NCBI RefSeq assembly: GCF_009834535.1
Contig: NC_045696.1
Coordinates: forward strand, 36,396,001-36,460,000
Reading direction: 5' to 3'
DNA from: Camelus ferus
Lineage: Eukaryota
Length of the DNA: 64,000 nucleotides
Shown here: positions 49,516 to 63,462 of the stretch, piece after piece
How positions within the stretch are numbered: the stretch's first letter is position 1
Layout of the letters: the number at the start of each line of letters is the position of its first letter
Notes under the pieces: generated by a model
What the model was told of the DNA's origin: nothing
The model's input: only the letters and a program-made list of their open reading frames with translations
Database searches by the model: none
Position numbers and translations under genes: made by a program

Positions 49516-52500
49516 CTGAGCCTCTATAAAATCCATGCGAAAAAGGCAGAGGAGTCATGACTGCTCCCATTTTGCATTTAAAGAACCAAAGCTCAGTTAC
49601 CAGTTAAGTGACCCAGGCCACTGTGTAAATCTCTGCAGTTACATTGTGCTTGACCATTTCAAGATGATTTCAGATACGTTATCTCGTTTGGAAGAGTCTT
49701 CCACATTCTCCTGTTGCTGTGAATTATCAAGGTCTATCCATTCTTTCTAATGCGCTTTTCCTTTTTCTCATGTGTCACTACCTTTCTTTCCTTAAGACTC
49801 AGAGAATATCCAGCTCTTTCTAACTTCCAACCAGGAGGAATCTCCCCCATTTTGAACCTCCAATAGCCTGCAATTGTTTCAATCATATGGCCCTTGCTGC
49901 ACGCTTCCTTTAGTGCACTATTTTCTGCATCTGATTTATTGACACTTCTTTGTGACAATTCTAGAAATTATTAGTTATTCTATATTTTTAAAGGCTTACC
50001 ACAATGTGTTTTTCATAGTATTTACCCAAGAAATACTTGTTGAAATAAGTGAACATTTCCCTTCTCTATTGTTTATCATTGATCCTTTCCTTTCTGCCCA
50101 AACTTAAATCTAGTTACTTATCAATGTTTTCTTTCTGCCCCAGTCAAAGCAGTGATACTATACACACTTTTTAGTTTAAAAACAAACTAAAAATAAAACA
50201 AAACTAAATAAACTTCCTATGGCTTTGCTTATATTAATTTCTTCCCTTGAGATTCTCTTTGAAGTTTTCCCAAGCTACACTGATCTCATTCATCTCTCCC
50301 TTCCTCAACCTCTAGTGTTTAGAGCTTGCATCTTTGTAGATATATTTCTGTTTTCTGGTTTTTCGTGGGACACTTAGAGGGCAAGTCAGAAATGATATAT
50401 GCCTTCCACACTGATTACTTGAACCAAATAAAATGACTGTAGAGCGCTGTATTAGTTGTTGTATTTAAAAATATCCCCAAGTGCCTAGCACAGGATGAGA
50501 CAAATGATAGGAACTGAAAAAAAAAAATGTGTTGACTTGAATTGATTCACATAACTCATTTCCTGGTGGGTCTGTTTTCAAAATTAAATTATGCTCCACA
50601 GGTATTTTCTTTTATGTGTTTCTCCATCTTAGAACATTGAAAGCAGTTTGCATTCATTGTCTAGAATATTTAACACAAGAGTTTATTGACTTTGGTTTTA
50701 TTTCCTGACCAAATTGGAACCCTTTGGATTATAAATTGGGCTATAAATCTGATGTTATTAGGTTTTCTATTACAAAATTACATTATCCTCATGTTCTAAA
50801 TAGGTTAGATATTTCAACTATTTCTAGTTGTCTTCTGAAAGATCATGACTGTCTATATCCTGAGAAATTTGCTTTGTAACCTCCCCATCAAGAAAATTGA
50901 TAAACTTTTCAATGTTTTAATATGGTCTTAGTGTGCTAAAGTTTGATATCAAACTTTCTTATTGAAATGAAACACTCCAATATTTTTAGACATTGATAAT
51001 GTTTCTGTGGTCAATAGGAACGCATTGATTTTTGTGTAATACTCTGCTCTATTTTCCTCCTGAGGTATGTATTCACTGCCTTCTATTATGTCTGCCAGAC
51101 ACATAGTGGGTTTTCATTAAATGCTGGTAGAATAAGTACAAGATTGCATAGATGAAAGCTTTCATGTGTACACACATTTTCTGTTTGTTCTGTTTAATTT
51201 TCTGATTTATGAGTTTATAACAAATTTTCAGGGAAAAGAATATTCTAATATTCTCCAAGTGAGGTTGGAACATCAGTCTTACAAGAAATTGATAAATGTT
51301 ACTAAAAAAAATGGGATGGTTCATAGAAAATAGAGAAATCACAAGTTAAACAAAATGAAACAATTTTTTTTTTTTTACAGCAGAACTTCTCATGACTTGA
51401 ATATGTTAATTTGCACTAGGACTCTCCAGTATAGTAAGCAATATTACCCAAACCTAATCCCGGTATTATTAGGGCTCTTGGTTTTAAGTGATAGAAACAT
51501 TTACAAAATGTCCTGACTTAGAAATGGAGTTAATCTTCTTATGAAATACTCAGGGGTAGATTGGCTTCAGGCATGCATCAGTATGTTTGCTTCAATTTCT
51601 CTTGCCCCAAGTCCTGTGGAATATGGGGCAGATGGAGGCCTCATATGCAGTTGGCTCCTCCACAAAAACTTGGGGAAATTTACTGCTTTTATAACAGACA
51701 GTAAGCAAGCCTTTTCTTTGTCTGGGGAGGAATGTTACCTCATCTCTCAAGATAGCTCAATGCAAACACACCCCTGAAAAAAGGCATGTGTGTAACCATG
51801 GCCTCCCATTCCTTGCATACCTAACAAGTTGTATAGAAACATGAGAAATACATGAAAGACTGTCTCTCAATACTGAGCATGAATATATTACTTTACTCCC
51901 ATTTCAGACAGTTGGGAAGGTGAACAGGAAATTTTGGAGCTGACGAGGCTTTGTAGTATTTCTGAAGTCATATCACATAGGCAGTTTCCTCCTCTGTGGA
52001 GCCATATTCCAAGAGCATCAATTCAAATTCAGAAAAAGTGTACATATGCTTTGGGGACATGGGGGTTCACTGTATAAAGGAGACAATATCTTTACCTTTT
52101 ATGATTGCAGGATGTGATTTCTTTGGTATGAAAAAGAGGATACACGAGATTATTTGGGTTTTCTAGGAGAATATGTAGCTATGCTTTCTTTCAATACATT
52201 TGATTTCCAATTATTAAGCAGTTGCTCAGCATGCCCTGTGAAGAGGTCTTCATAAAAATGAAGAGCCCAAAGTTCTTCAGTGGGCCTTGTTCTAAATCTG
52301 GCTTCTATGGTTGTTTGGCAGTTTATCAAAAGCCACATTAATCCTCACAAATAGTGCTTGATTGTCGAAAGACAGCCCCCTTGCTCCAGCCTTGCAGGCC
52401 GAGCCACCCTTATTATTTTCCTTGACTTCTTGTACAGAGGCTGCATGATTACCAAGTGGTCATGTGTAAAGAAGTGGCTGTTTTGTGCTGATAAATGGAT

Positions 52501-53149
52501 CCCCACTGTTGCACAAGCCCCTAGGAGTCTGCATTAAAAACAAGTTGAGATGCAAAACAGAACATAGCATTTATTTTAACAGTAGACACTTATCATTGGT
52601 GACATTACCTGATATGGCTGATAATCTAAACCATTACGACTTTGGAGCAAAATTTGGTTCATAATGATATCCAAGGAGATAAACCATGGCTACTAATAGA
52701 AATTTTGAGCAATGCTTTGAATAGAATAATCTTATCTACATTCATCATCCAGCTAGCTCTCTCCTCTGACTGAAATGAGACAAGGTAAATTCACAACTCT
52801 CATTAATGCTAATAGCAGCTTCGGAAGCAAATCCCTTGTTCCTCTGTAGCAGAGGACAGCCACCTCTCTCCTTTCAGTATGCTACAAACCTGTGTCAGTC
52901 CAAGCTAATCGGTAAGAATTTGGAATACAAGCAATTTGAAATTAAAATAGTGGCCAATACAGCTGTTGATGATGGCAGCCACTGGCTAAAGAGAAGTGAT
53001 ATTTCTTCCTGCCGTGCCAGCTCTGGTAGGTTGATATGAGCCTTTACAGTTCCTGAGCCAGGTTATCTGCTTGCACCCGTTTCTTCTTTTGGCACCAGCC
53101 TGTCTGGATGTACCTGGGTAAATGAGGAAGGAGGCCTGTGGGTAAGGCT

Positions 53150-53400
53150 ACGAGCTTGGGGCTCACTATTTGATAGTAGAATGTGCTTCTGAGATATAAA
53201 AAGTAAATGTATCCATTGCTCTGCTTTGTGATGTTGGGCAAGTAGCTTAAGATTCTCTGCATCTGAATTATATAATCTATATTAACGCTTCCAATATTTC
53301 ACTCATATTGTTTTAAGTGTGTTTCCTGAAGGTTAAATGAGATAATGTAGTTACAACAACAAGGGGTAAAAACTAGATGCTTGTAGAGGCTCCTACTTTT
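53150..53400 (+). mobile_element. MIR SINE
   Basis: 'tgtgatgttgggcaagtagcttaagattctctgcatct...gaaggttaaatgagataatgta'. Confidence 0.65.
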
Positions 53401-54019
53401 TGTTACTGAGAGATGATTGCTAGGAAGAAGCTGAACCTTCAGGACCCTGACATCTGTTAGATCCTCCTTGCCTGGGGAAGAAGAAGAAAATAAGTCTACA
53501 AAATAAAGGAGGAAGGGATTTGACATGCCTATGGGGGCATCTGGAGGGTGGAGGGAGAGGAAAGAAAAGTTGAATCCAGGGTTGTAGAGGAAAGATAAAA
53601 TGTGAGGCCTGCAGTTGACAGACTTTGGGGAAGGGATTAAATGGCTGAAAAAGGTTAGCATTTGATACACAGGAGTGTATGTGATTTTTGGCCCTCTTCT
53701 GTCCGTGTAGTATCTTCAGCAAAATCTACGCTGTGCACCAAGGCATTTGTATAAGTGAATCATCTGGAGAACACCAAGTCTGGGGTGCTGGGTATTGCAA
53801 CTGCGTTGACTCAAGAGGATACAAGGTTCCCATGGTTAAAGGATGTTAAGGTTGAAAGTTTCAGCTGAGGCACCCAGAGAAACAAGAGATAAGAAATTCC
53901 TTGTGAGATGCCAGACTAAACTGCACATTTTCAAAGAAAATAACAGGTTGGAAGGCTTTAAACTTATAAGAAGAAACTGAAAGGACAAAGTGGAACAACG
54001 AAAGAAGACAAAGATGTTG

Positions 54020-55262
54020 ATGTGATTCTTTTTGTGGAGAGGATCTTTTAGGAGAAAGTTGTCCTTTGAGCCCTGCCCTGTCCCATCACTCATAAAGGGA
54101 GAGGGGGACAGTGGCTGCACTTCACTTCAAGGCCTGGTGATGAAGTGGCTCAAAAGGACCAACTGGAGAACCTGACATGTGTTCTCTACAGTTGGGGTAC
54201 ACCTTGCACAGGTGCCTGAGAAAGCCAGTGTGTCCTGTAGCAGAATTGAGAGAGACTGCTCACAGAGAGCTGCATTTGGGAAGTTATAACACACCACCCT
54301 CCAACACTGGCTGGGGGCAAGGAATGTGTGAGTGTTTTCTGGGGTTCAGATCTAGAGAGAGAGAGAGACGGAGGGAGAGAGAGTTGGCCTGGAACTGTTT
54401 TAACAGCTGCCCAAAGGAATCCACAAGGAGGGTGAGCAGTTCCCATGTAAGAATGTACAAGTGAAGTGGCAGAACCAGAGAAGCAGGGCTCAGAGTGCAG
54501 CGACCAGTCAGGGAACAGATGTTACCCTGCTCAGAGGGCTTTAGTAGGACAAGTTCAGCATGACAGCTCCAAAGATGCCTCAGAAGTGCCCAGGAGACGG
54601 AATCAGCTGTCCACATTTGCCAGACCTGGGTGCACAAGTCAGCTTGGCACAGCAACAGCAACTTCAACCAATTAAGAACTTTCTGATCTTATCTCCCTTA
54701 ATATGTTTCCTCTTGTATCCTTTCCCCAGCTAGCAGGGTGTACGCCAACAGTCTGCAAGTGGGGAGGAGATGAGTGGAGAGAGAGAGGGCAGAGGCTGAC
54801 AATACTCCCCTTCCAGAAGGCAGACAGCCTGCTGGTGTACCAGGCTTGAATCAGGAACACTGGAGAGCTCTTATCTCGAACCGGATTGGCTTGGATACTT
54901 GTAATATGTATAATGAGTTGGTGTTTTGCAGCTTAAACTGACTACAGGACTGTGTGTGATTGTAGCATAAGCAGAAAAGTCACAGGGTCTGCAGTGGATT
55001 TCAAAGCCTGATTTCTGGAGCAGCATCAGCATCACCTGGAATGTGAATTCATCATCAGGAATGCAGATTCCCAGGTTCCACCCAGACCCCCCATGTCAGA
55101 AACCCGAGGGCTAGGGCCCAGCTGGTCCTCCCAGTGACTCTGATGTGCACTGAAGTGTGAGAACCACTGAGCTGGAGGAGGGAGGAAGCTCCAGCTTTAC
55201 AGGGGCTTCTATCCTGCTAATAATAAGATACAGGAAGAGGGTGGAGAAATGCAGCCTACACT
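54020..55262 (+). mobile_element. Ancient Gypsy-like LTR (MamGypLTR/LTR85-89 group), interrupted by MER5A
   Basis: Purine-rich LTR-like text with 'ggactgtgtgtgattgtagcataagcagaaaagtcacagggtctgc' resembling the 3' part of mammalian Gypsy LTRs. Family assignment is tentative. Confidence 0.4.
54992..55169 (+). mobile_element. MER5A hAT-Charlie MITE
   Basis: Terminal inverted repeats cagtggatttca ... tgagaaccactg; internal 'gcagcatcagcatcacctgg...aatgcagattcccagg...cacccagacc'. Confidence 0.85.
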
Positions 55263-56268
55263 TCATTATATAACCATTGGGGGTTATATGTGGAAATGAA
55301 ACAGTGATTATTCATGACAAATTTTGGCTGACAAACCCGTTTTCCTGCCAGGACATCTGCTTGAACTTCCTGGGCAGCAAAGATCCAGGGTTGGGGTGTC
55401 CTGATCACTGCATCAGCTGGGCAGGCTACATAGCTGTGCTGAAACTGGCACCACAATGTCAGGGGAAGCCTTCCTATACTTGATTCACCCAGCACATGGT
55501 GGTTTTTTTTAACTGACGTGTTACGTTTAGTCATGAGCAGGATAACGACAGGCAATATCTTAGTTTGTCAAAGACATTCTGCTATGTTAACATTTCCATG
55601 TTGTATATGGAACAAAACTTAAGGAAAAACACATTTAAGCATAGAGTCTAAATACTTTTCTGAATTAAAAAAGTATGGACTAGCTGTTAGTAAGTATGTC
55701 AAAAAATACAAATAAGTGATGAAAAGATTTTCAAGCCCGAACATTGTGCCAACCCCATGTCATTTGTTAAATAAAAATACATGGTGCTGCACAGAGGTGT
55801 TACCAGGTGACATGAATTATAATGGTTGAGAAAATGTGAAAACCAAAACCAAATAATTCAAAGCCCTTAAAAAAATGAGATCTAGTATAATATTAAAAGA
55901 ATTCAGAATTAAATGTAAATTCAGAGTATAAATTCACTCAGGACAATGAAACCTTTATTCAGAAAGCACTAATATTTTAAAGAATACTTTAAATATAAAC
56001 AACATGAGAGGAACAATCATAATGCAACAGTTAAGAATAGTGATCTTATGTTTATGTTTCTTATAGTATATTATAATAGCAACCAGGTTATGTAAACTCC
56101 TGTTGTTACTATACTGTAATATACTGTAAGAAAACATAACCTCCTGGTTATTGATTTGTTTCAGTGTTCTTTAAAAACCTAAATTTTAAAACGTTTAGTC
56201 TTAAAATAGAATTTTTCCCAGAGGAACAATTTTTTATATAGCTCCATTGAATCCAAATATAATTTGTC

Positions 56269-56293
56269 TGTGTGTGTGTGTGTGTGTGTGTGT
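56269..56293. repeat. (TG)12 microsatellite
   Basis: Perfect tg run. Confidence 0.9.
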
Positions 56294-58849
56294 TAGTTTG
56301 TGTAGGTGGCTGGGGGGGTTGAGGTAGTGGTATCATTAATTACAATGATATTACTTACATATTAAATACAAAACTTCTCTGTGAATATGCTTTTTTTAAA
56401 ATAAATCATTCTCTCATTTTTCTTTATTATGCTCTTTCTTTCCAGCTGGGTTATAAGCTCCATTTTGAATTTCTCATACTATTTAGTACAGTGCAGTAAA
56501 CACAGTAAAGGCTCAGTGAATGTTTATGCAATGGCTGGATAAGCTAGAAAAACACTCTTTTCACCAATACCATCATCTGCCTGTTGAAGTCTTTTTTGTC
56601 GGTCCCTCAGCAGACAGATGACTGAGTTAATTTGGGGTTAGGATAGAAACAGCCTAATATCTGAAACAATTTCACTAGGAAAAGTCAGTATAAAGATCAT
56701 CTGGAAGCAGCAAGTTGTTATTACTTCCCCCTCCCTTTTTTGTAGAGCAAGGCCTTTTCTTTCAGAGACGTGATTTCAAAAATTACTAAAATTCTCGTAT
56801 AAAAGTTTTCTAAAACAAAATCAAATCAACTTCCCATAGGAATAGTATAGCATTCCATTATCAAATCTGTATCCAGCCATAGGTACTGGATTTGGATTTA
56901 TCCCATGAAATAGTAGGCTTATTGACAACCCAGCCTTGCAGATCTAGTTAATCTTATGCTTACTAACTGGCTTAACAGTTTCTGGTTCCTCCATCAGGAG
57001 GGGAGGGGTGATTACCTGTCACGGGGAAGCGGAGGACATAAAGTCCTGCTGGGAAGAGCGGTGAAGCTCTTTGGCTTCCACGGAGGAAAGACCCTATAGT
57101 TGTAGCATGGCTGCTTTTCCCTCAGCTTGTGAATTGAGAGCTTGACCTAGCAACAATCTGAAGAGCAAAGCATGTTTTTTCTTAGTGCCAGTTTTCCTGC
57201 AAAAGCATATTTTTGATTGGACTACAGTTGAAAGCATAATTAAATGTTACAGAGACTCTCAGAACTTTATAGCATTCTCTTTTTCCTTTTTAATTTGATA
57301 ACACACACAAGCCCGATGTTTCCTTTTGCTGGCTCCAGATGTCCATTGTGAATGTAAATGATGAGCCAGTAGAGCTGATGCTACCACAGAACCGATATTT
57401 GGAGTAAAAATGAATCGTTCCACATCCTGCAGGTGCCTCTGCTGAGGGAAGCTTTTCACTCTGAGGACATTTAACAGATAGACTATACAGCTGGTCAAAG
57501 AAAGCCTTTAGGCTATTTCAAAGTTTCTATACAAAATAAAATGCTTCATAAAGTTTGCTTGAAAGTGGAATTTTATAAAATACGGTTGTCTTCACTCTTT
57601 CATTTTTATTCCAAAAATTCCAGGTTTTTTTCAAGGCTGAAAATACTATTTTTAAGAATCAGATAAACTTCTATTTGGAGTTCTGACAGTGAGGAAAACT
57701 TTCCATTTGGCATGTAATTTGGAGGTTGTATTCAAGTTAACAACAACAACAGAAATGAAATGATTCTTGTATCTTGTCAATAATTGCTGCTTGCAGTTTG
57801 ATTATTCTGAAATTTTCAAGGATGTCTTAGAGCCACACATTTGTACCAAAGCCTTTCAAATGACACCTAATGAGAACCATTTATGGAGATGACTTTGATG
57901 TCTGGGGGGAGAGCTGTTCATATATTAGCATTTGAAATAGAACTCACCATACTGATTTTCTCAGTCGGGGGTCTGAGATTTGGGAAGAATCTATTGCTGA
58001 GCCTAACTCGGCTACTGAAGTACGTATGACTGCAGAATTTGGAATCAGAGAAAGTATCTGCAGAGTGTTCCCTCTCCTCCTTTTCTCAGAAGCCCTGAGC
58101 AATGATACTGCCTGTGTCTGCCAGGCTCCCCCTGTGATGACTCAGCTGCATTCTTCTTCCCTCGAAGATCCCTGCGTTCTAAAATGATTTTCTTCTTTCC
58201 TAACTCTTTGATAAAGCACCAGTTCTTTCAGTAAAACTGACCACAGCAAGAGGAAAACAAACAGATGGAGTTAATTCATGCTAAGATGAGAAAGTCTGCT
58301 ATCCTCCATGAGGGTATTTCCTTCATAAAAGAGATTGCTTGAGAAGCTAAATTTATCTTGAATTTGCAGAACCTAGAAAATGAAGTAAAGAATTTCAATT
58401 GTGGAGAAGAGTCATGGATTTTTTTAGGTGTTTGGACCATAATAGATCAGGAAAGAGATACTCAAACTCAACTTACGCTAACGAGGAAAAAAATCGATTG
58501 AAATATTACTGAGTGATTAACACATTTAAGGGAAAAGTTCTCATTCAGTGATTGGTTACTCTTGAAAGTACTGAAAAGAACAATCAGGCACATTTTGGCA
58601 AGGCCTATCCTAGCATAGTTCAGAATTTTTAGTAATCTTTCTCTACAGGCAAGGAGATCCTATATTAAAACAGATCTAATTTACATTACACATTTGATTT
58701 CTCTAATTAATTCTCTGTTCTGTTTCTAAGCTTTCTGAGCAAGTTTCTGGTGATTGTTTCATTCCCAGAGAGTTCTGTCTATAGGAAAGGAATGTGCTGA
58801 CCACATAGGCTTGAAGAACTCAGGGTCCATTTTAGTTATTTTTAAAAAT

Positions 58850-59047
58850 ATAAATCAGGTTAGGGTCAGAGAAACAGAAGCACTATGATTTTTTTTTTTA
58901 ACAGAGATTGTACCTTATGCAATTGTAAGAGATGGTTAAACAGTCTGTCACCAGTTGCAAAAAGCCTCTTTTAGCCAACAAGGGAAGAGAGTCATGGGAA
59001 ATGTAGTTCCAGTTTAGCTAAATTGCCAAGGTTCAAATCCATTACAC
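58850..59047 (-). mobile_element. Short, internally deleted MLT2-like LTR remnant
   Basis: Both antisense termini are present: 'cagagaaacagaagcacta' and 'gggaaatgtagttccagtttagctaaattg...aatccattaca'. Confidence 0.5.
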
Positions 59048-59982
59048 AGAATGATAACACATTGGCACTGCGGTTTTGTATACCTTCTTCGTAAACCTGT
59101 TGATAAGAATCTGGCCCTCAGAGATGGATATGCTCTTGCTGTTCTGATGAAATAAGGGGCCTGGCTGAGGGCCAGAGCCCGGGGAGAAATTTATCCCACA
59201 AAGCTAATGAATGGCCCTTTGTGGGGGTTCTTATTAGACAGCCTGCTTCATTCCCTGGGCAGTACAGAGGTGATCTCTCTTCATTTTTCTTCTGGTCACC
59301 TGGCAAGCCTCTTTTCTTTTTTGGATTTCTTTACTTGGATTGTCTCAAATTCTCATCTCAGAGGTTACATGGGCAGTGATTTTTCTTTGGTGTCCAGAAG
59401 ACAGAAAGTGAAAATAACAGTTTTTCTGTCCCTGCCATATACTTCTGCTCTAAATTATCAACAGTTCTTTAATTGTCTGCATGTACACTTCTTTTTCTGT
59501 CAAACTTCTGTGGTAACCAAAGTATCCAAATATTAGATGGTGATATAGATGCACACTTTGCTGGACACGTCGACATACATATCTTACTAGCTTCTCACAA
59601 CATCCTCATAGTCCCACGCAAGGAAATTGGTTCTAACTTCTAAGCATCTGCTTGGTATTACTGTAATTACACTGAAATTTAACTTAAGTGTGATAAGTTA
59701 AGCTTGACTGGGTTTACAGGTATTATATACTACACCCCAGTCAGTGTTTCCAGGCAGGGCTTAGAGGGAGGGAAATCTATTGATGAACCAATGCAAATCC
59801 ATCACCACTCTTAGACAGACTTCTTTTCCAGGAGTAGATTATTTAGGAAAAATGTAAATAACAATTTATTAAGAAATAAATTTTCCCACATTCTCCAGCC
59901 TTTGCCTTCTAGTTGTTTCTAATAAGGGATTAAAACTTAATAAAATGCTAGAAAGAAAATGCTTGTGAAGCACCTTACTTTT

Positions 59983-60505
59983 TAAAAAATTGAAGTATAG
60001 TTGATTTACAATATTGTATTAGCTTCAGGTGTACAGCAGGGTGATTCAGCAATATTTATATACATAAAACCTTTTCAGATTATTTTCCATTATTGATTAT
60101 TACAAGATACTGAAAATTGTTCCTTGTGTTTACAGTAAATCCTTATCTATTTTATATAAAGTAGTATGTATCTGTTAATCCCATATTACTAATTAATGCC
60201 CCCCTTCCTCTTTGGTAACCATAAGTTTGTTTTCTATGTCTGTGAGTCTGTTTCTGTTTTGTAAATAGAATCATTTGTATTATTCTTTAGATTCCACATA
60301 TAAGTGATATCATACGATATTTATCTTTGACTTATTTCACTTAGTATGATACTCTCTAGGTTCATCCATATTGCTGCAAATGGCAATATTTCCTTCCTTT
60401 TATGTCTGAGTACTATTACATTGTATATATACAACATCTTCTTTATCCATTCATCTGTTGTTGGATAGTTAGGTCGCTTCCATGTCTTGGTGTTGTAAAT
60501 CATGA
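59983..60505 (-). mobile_element. 5'-truncated L1 with TSD
   Basis: 'aattgaagtatagttgatttacaatattgtattag'; minus ORF 60321-60503 'KTWKRPNYPTTDEWIKKMLYIY...ILPFAAIWMNLESIILSEISQ' is the L1 ORF2p C-terminus. 15-bp TSD aagca(c/g)cttactttt at 59968-59982 and 60506-60520. Confidence 0.9.
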
Positions 60506-62047
60506 AAGCAGCTTACTTTTGAAAGGATGAGTTGTAAAAATATGACAGTTATTTTTCTCCTCATGTGCACTTCTTTTGGCCTCCGATTGTCTAAAAGCTG
60601 TGTTATCTTGTCAAATAGAGTCTATTTTGGCATCAGCGGGCACCTCAGGTATTGTGACGCCAGCTGTCAGTGACCGAGAGATGGTAAGCCAGGGAAGATG
60701 ACTTGAACCTGAAAGGAGAGTAGGTATGGGTGAGAACCAGGTGTCAGAAGGCACTCACAAGACCAGGGCTGGGGATGAACAAGCCGTAATTAGACACTAA
60801 TGCTGGGAAAACGACTGCAGATCTGTGAAGAGGGAAAGAGCAGGTGAGAGACTGACGCAAGGGGTCAGATTTGGCTTTTGTTCTGAGCTGCCCCTTTGCT
60901 TTTGTCAGGAAAAGCTGAAACTTGCTGTTTAAATCAGGAACTTCTCTAGGGTAGCCAGACTGGGACCTTTGAGTGGAGTTAAATAGGTGGATTTCTGGGT
61001 GAAATGAAAGTGGGGAGTAGGAATGAAAGGACAGCTGTTGGTAGGAGACTTCTCACACAGATTCAGACTCTGGAGAGAGAGGTTAGAATGACACAGTGCA
61101 AATTGGTCAGTGGTCCAAGTCAGGCAGAGGTCCTCTCATTGTTTCCAATGTTCGTGTAGCATTGACTGTCTCTTTAAGAATCCTCCTCCCTTCCCCACCT
61201 AGCTTCAGGTTTCTCAGACTTGGCAACAAGACAGTCAAATCACAGAGAGTAAGATTTGGGGGAGAGGAAATAATTGAAAAGCTTGCTTGCTTATTAGGCA
61301 ATAAATTGTGTCCTGGAATTGATGCCAGGGTGGTTTTGGAAGGGCCAATACATATTGACCTCTGAAAAAAACGGTTTTATTATTGAACAGTCTTTGTATG
61401 AAATCTTAACTAATGAGAGGCATGTCAAAGCAGCGTTGTTAGGCAGCTCTGGTGCACAGTTGCAACAAGGTTGGGAGGTTGAATTCTGCTGACATCTGTC
61501 TGGCAGAGACACCGCTGTTTGGAACCTCCTGCTAATCAGAAGCTTGTCCAGACCATTTCTCGCTATGGTAGATCATCTTCCACTGAATTGTAATGCAGAT
61601 TAGGGGAAAGAGCTGCCCAAATTTAAAAGGCACTGTCAGATGTAGTGGCGGTTGTCTACCCTGTGAGCATTTCTAAAACTGAATATGAATTTTTGAATCG
61701 AATATTGCACTGTAATGAGAGGAATGTCTGTTGCATTGAATGGCAGATGTGACTCTGTCCCTGGCAGAAGAGCAGAGACCAGGACTATACACCTTACTTT
61801 GTGAATAAGAAAGACTAAATTATAACTATAAATATCAAATGAAATGTTTGAGTGTCTATGGTTAGATGAATTGGAAACCCCCTAAGTGATTAAATAGAGG
61901 AAAAACTGATTACTTTGTCAATATTAATAAATATCTGCAGAGCAGTTTAAAATGGATAATCTCATTTAATTTTCTTAACAATACTGTGATGTAGATGTGA
62001 TGATCTCTTCAGTTTACAAAATAGGAAGCAAACCTATCTCACTAATG

Positions 62048-62243
62048 CAGTGTTTCTCAACCGAGGGTAATTTGCCACCCCAGGGGACATTTGGCAATGT
62101 CTGAAGATACATCTAGTTGTCACAGTTAGGGGAGGGGTACTACTGGCATCTGGTGGGTAGGGGTCGGGGCTGCTGCTACACCTCCTCATTATAATGAATT
62201 ACCCAGACCAAAATGTCAGTACTGCCCTGGGAGAGAAACCCTG
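62048..62243 (+). mobile_element. MER20 hAT-Charlie MITE (within a MIR remnant)
   Basis: cagtgtttctcaacc...ccccaggggacatttggcaatgtctgaaga...tactggcatctggtgggtag...gagaaaccctg. Confidence 0.88.
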
Positions 62244-62959
62244 GTCTATGGTGATGCTGTGATGTGGTAGAAACAGGTCTAGAATCCAGGCTCTTTGACC
62301 CCCAGATGTTGTGCTCATTTCAGTATGCTCCATTCTCTCCCCAAATCTAATGCCTGTAGAACAGGGGAAAGATTTGCAGCAGGAAAATGTGTTTTATGGC
62401 TTCCTGTACCAACTAAGGAGGGTCAGTCTTGATCCTGGTATTGGGGAAAACTTTGCCTGCTGGCTTTTCACAGAGCTGAAAAAGCATTGGTTAAAGGGTG
62501 TGATGGCACAAGATTGCAGGAGCAGGGATGGTGTTGAACTGCTCTGGAGAATAAAGTGTAATATAATGAACCTTGAGGAAATGTTTGTAAAATTAGAGTA
62601 TGGGTGTGGGAGATGGGAAGGATAGGGGGTTGGTATTGAAAAAGGAATAACTTGTGGAAAAACTAGGGAGGTTTGTGGAGTAGAACATGGTGATAAATGA
62701 GAATTGTAGAAGTGAAATGACGCACTCTTGGTGAAACAAACATATTCCATTTTCCCATCATTAAAACGTTGGTAAAATTTACATTGCTCTTTGATGCTTG
62801 CAGGGTGTGAGTGTAGCCCACATTTGGTTATAAATTTACTAACAGTCTGGTCAAGAAAAAAAGATAATCTCTAAGTTTCAATTTTTAAGTCTCCTCCTGG
62901 ATCTTAAGATACGTCCTAAAAAATGGAGGACTGGAAGTTCACAAAAAAGTTGGGTATCA

Positions 62960-63110
62960 ACTTTTATATCTGGTGTGACCTCTGAAACCTAATTTTCTCA
63001 TCTGGAAAATAGGGATCATGATACTAGTCCTACATACTTTACAGATGTGTGATAAATTAGATAATGATGGCTTTGTCAACTGTAAAGTGATTTACAAAAC
63101 CTTTAAATAT
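62960..63110 (+). mobile_element. MIR SINE
   Basis: 'aattttctcatctggaaaatagggatcatgatactagtcctacatacttacag'. Confidence 0.7.
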
Positions 63111-63462
63111 CATCCATATTAATGACCCAAATTTCTGTTTCTAGCCCAGGATAATTTCAAAGTCACTGACCAGTCTTTCTAGTGCTAGTGCAGTACGAAT
63201 TGGAACTTGCTGTGAAATCTGGGGAGCCAGCACATCCACGCAATGAGAAGGGCAGCTGGTGTAGAAGTCTACGGAAGGCTGCAGCCTCTGCGTCTGGTGG
63301 TGGAGCCAGGATTGCTGTTGGCCAGCAGGGCCTGCTGTGGGGAAAATGAATCAGATGTGAGCAGAGAGGACAAGCTGGAACCACTGATACCTGCGTTTCT
63401 GCCTCTCACCTCATCCAATCAGAACGACCCTCAGAGAGTAATGGATGCTATTTCATTCCCAC

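Noticed and set aside
57300..57500. Possible coding exon after acceptor-like 'ggctccag'
   Set aside because: All three plus-strand frames reach a stop within about 70 nt, and the minus ORF has no recognisable homology.
15391..58146. Three TGACTCAGC (ARE/AP-1) cores at 15391, ~18613 and ~58137 as a coordinated system
   Set aside because: Widely dispersed 9-mers, one inside an LTR; not clearly above background without functional data.
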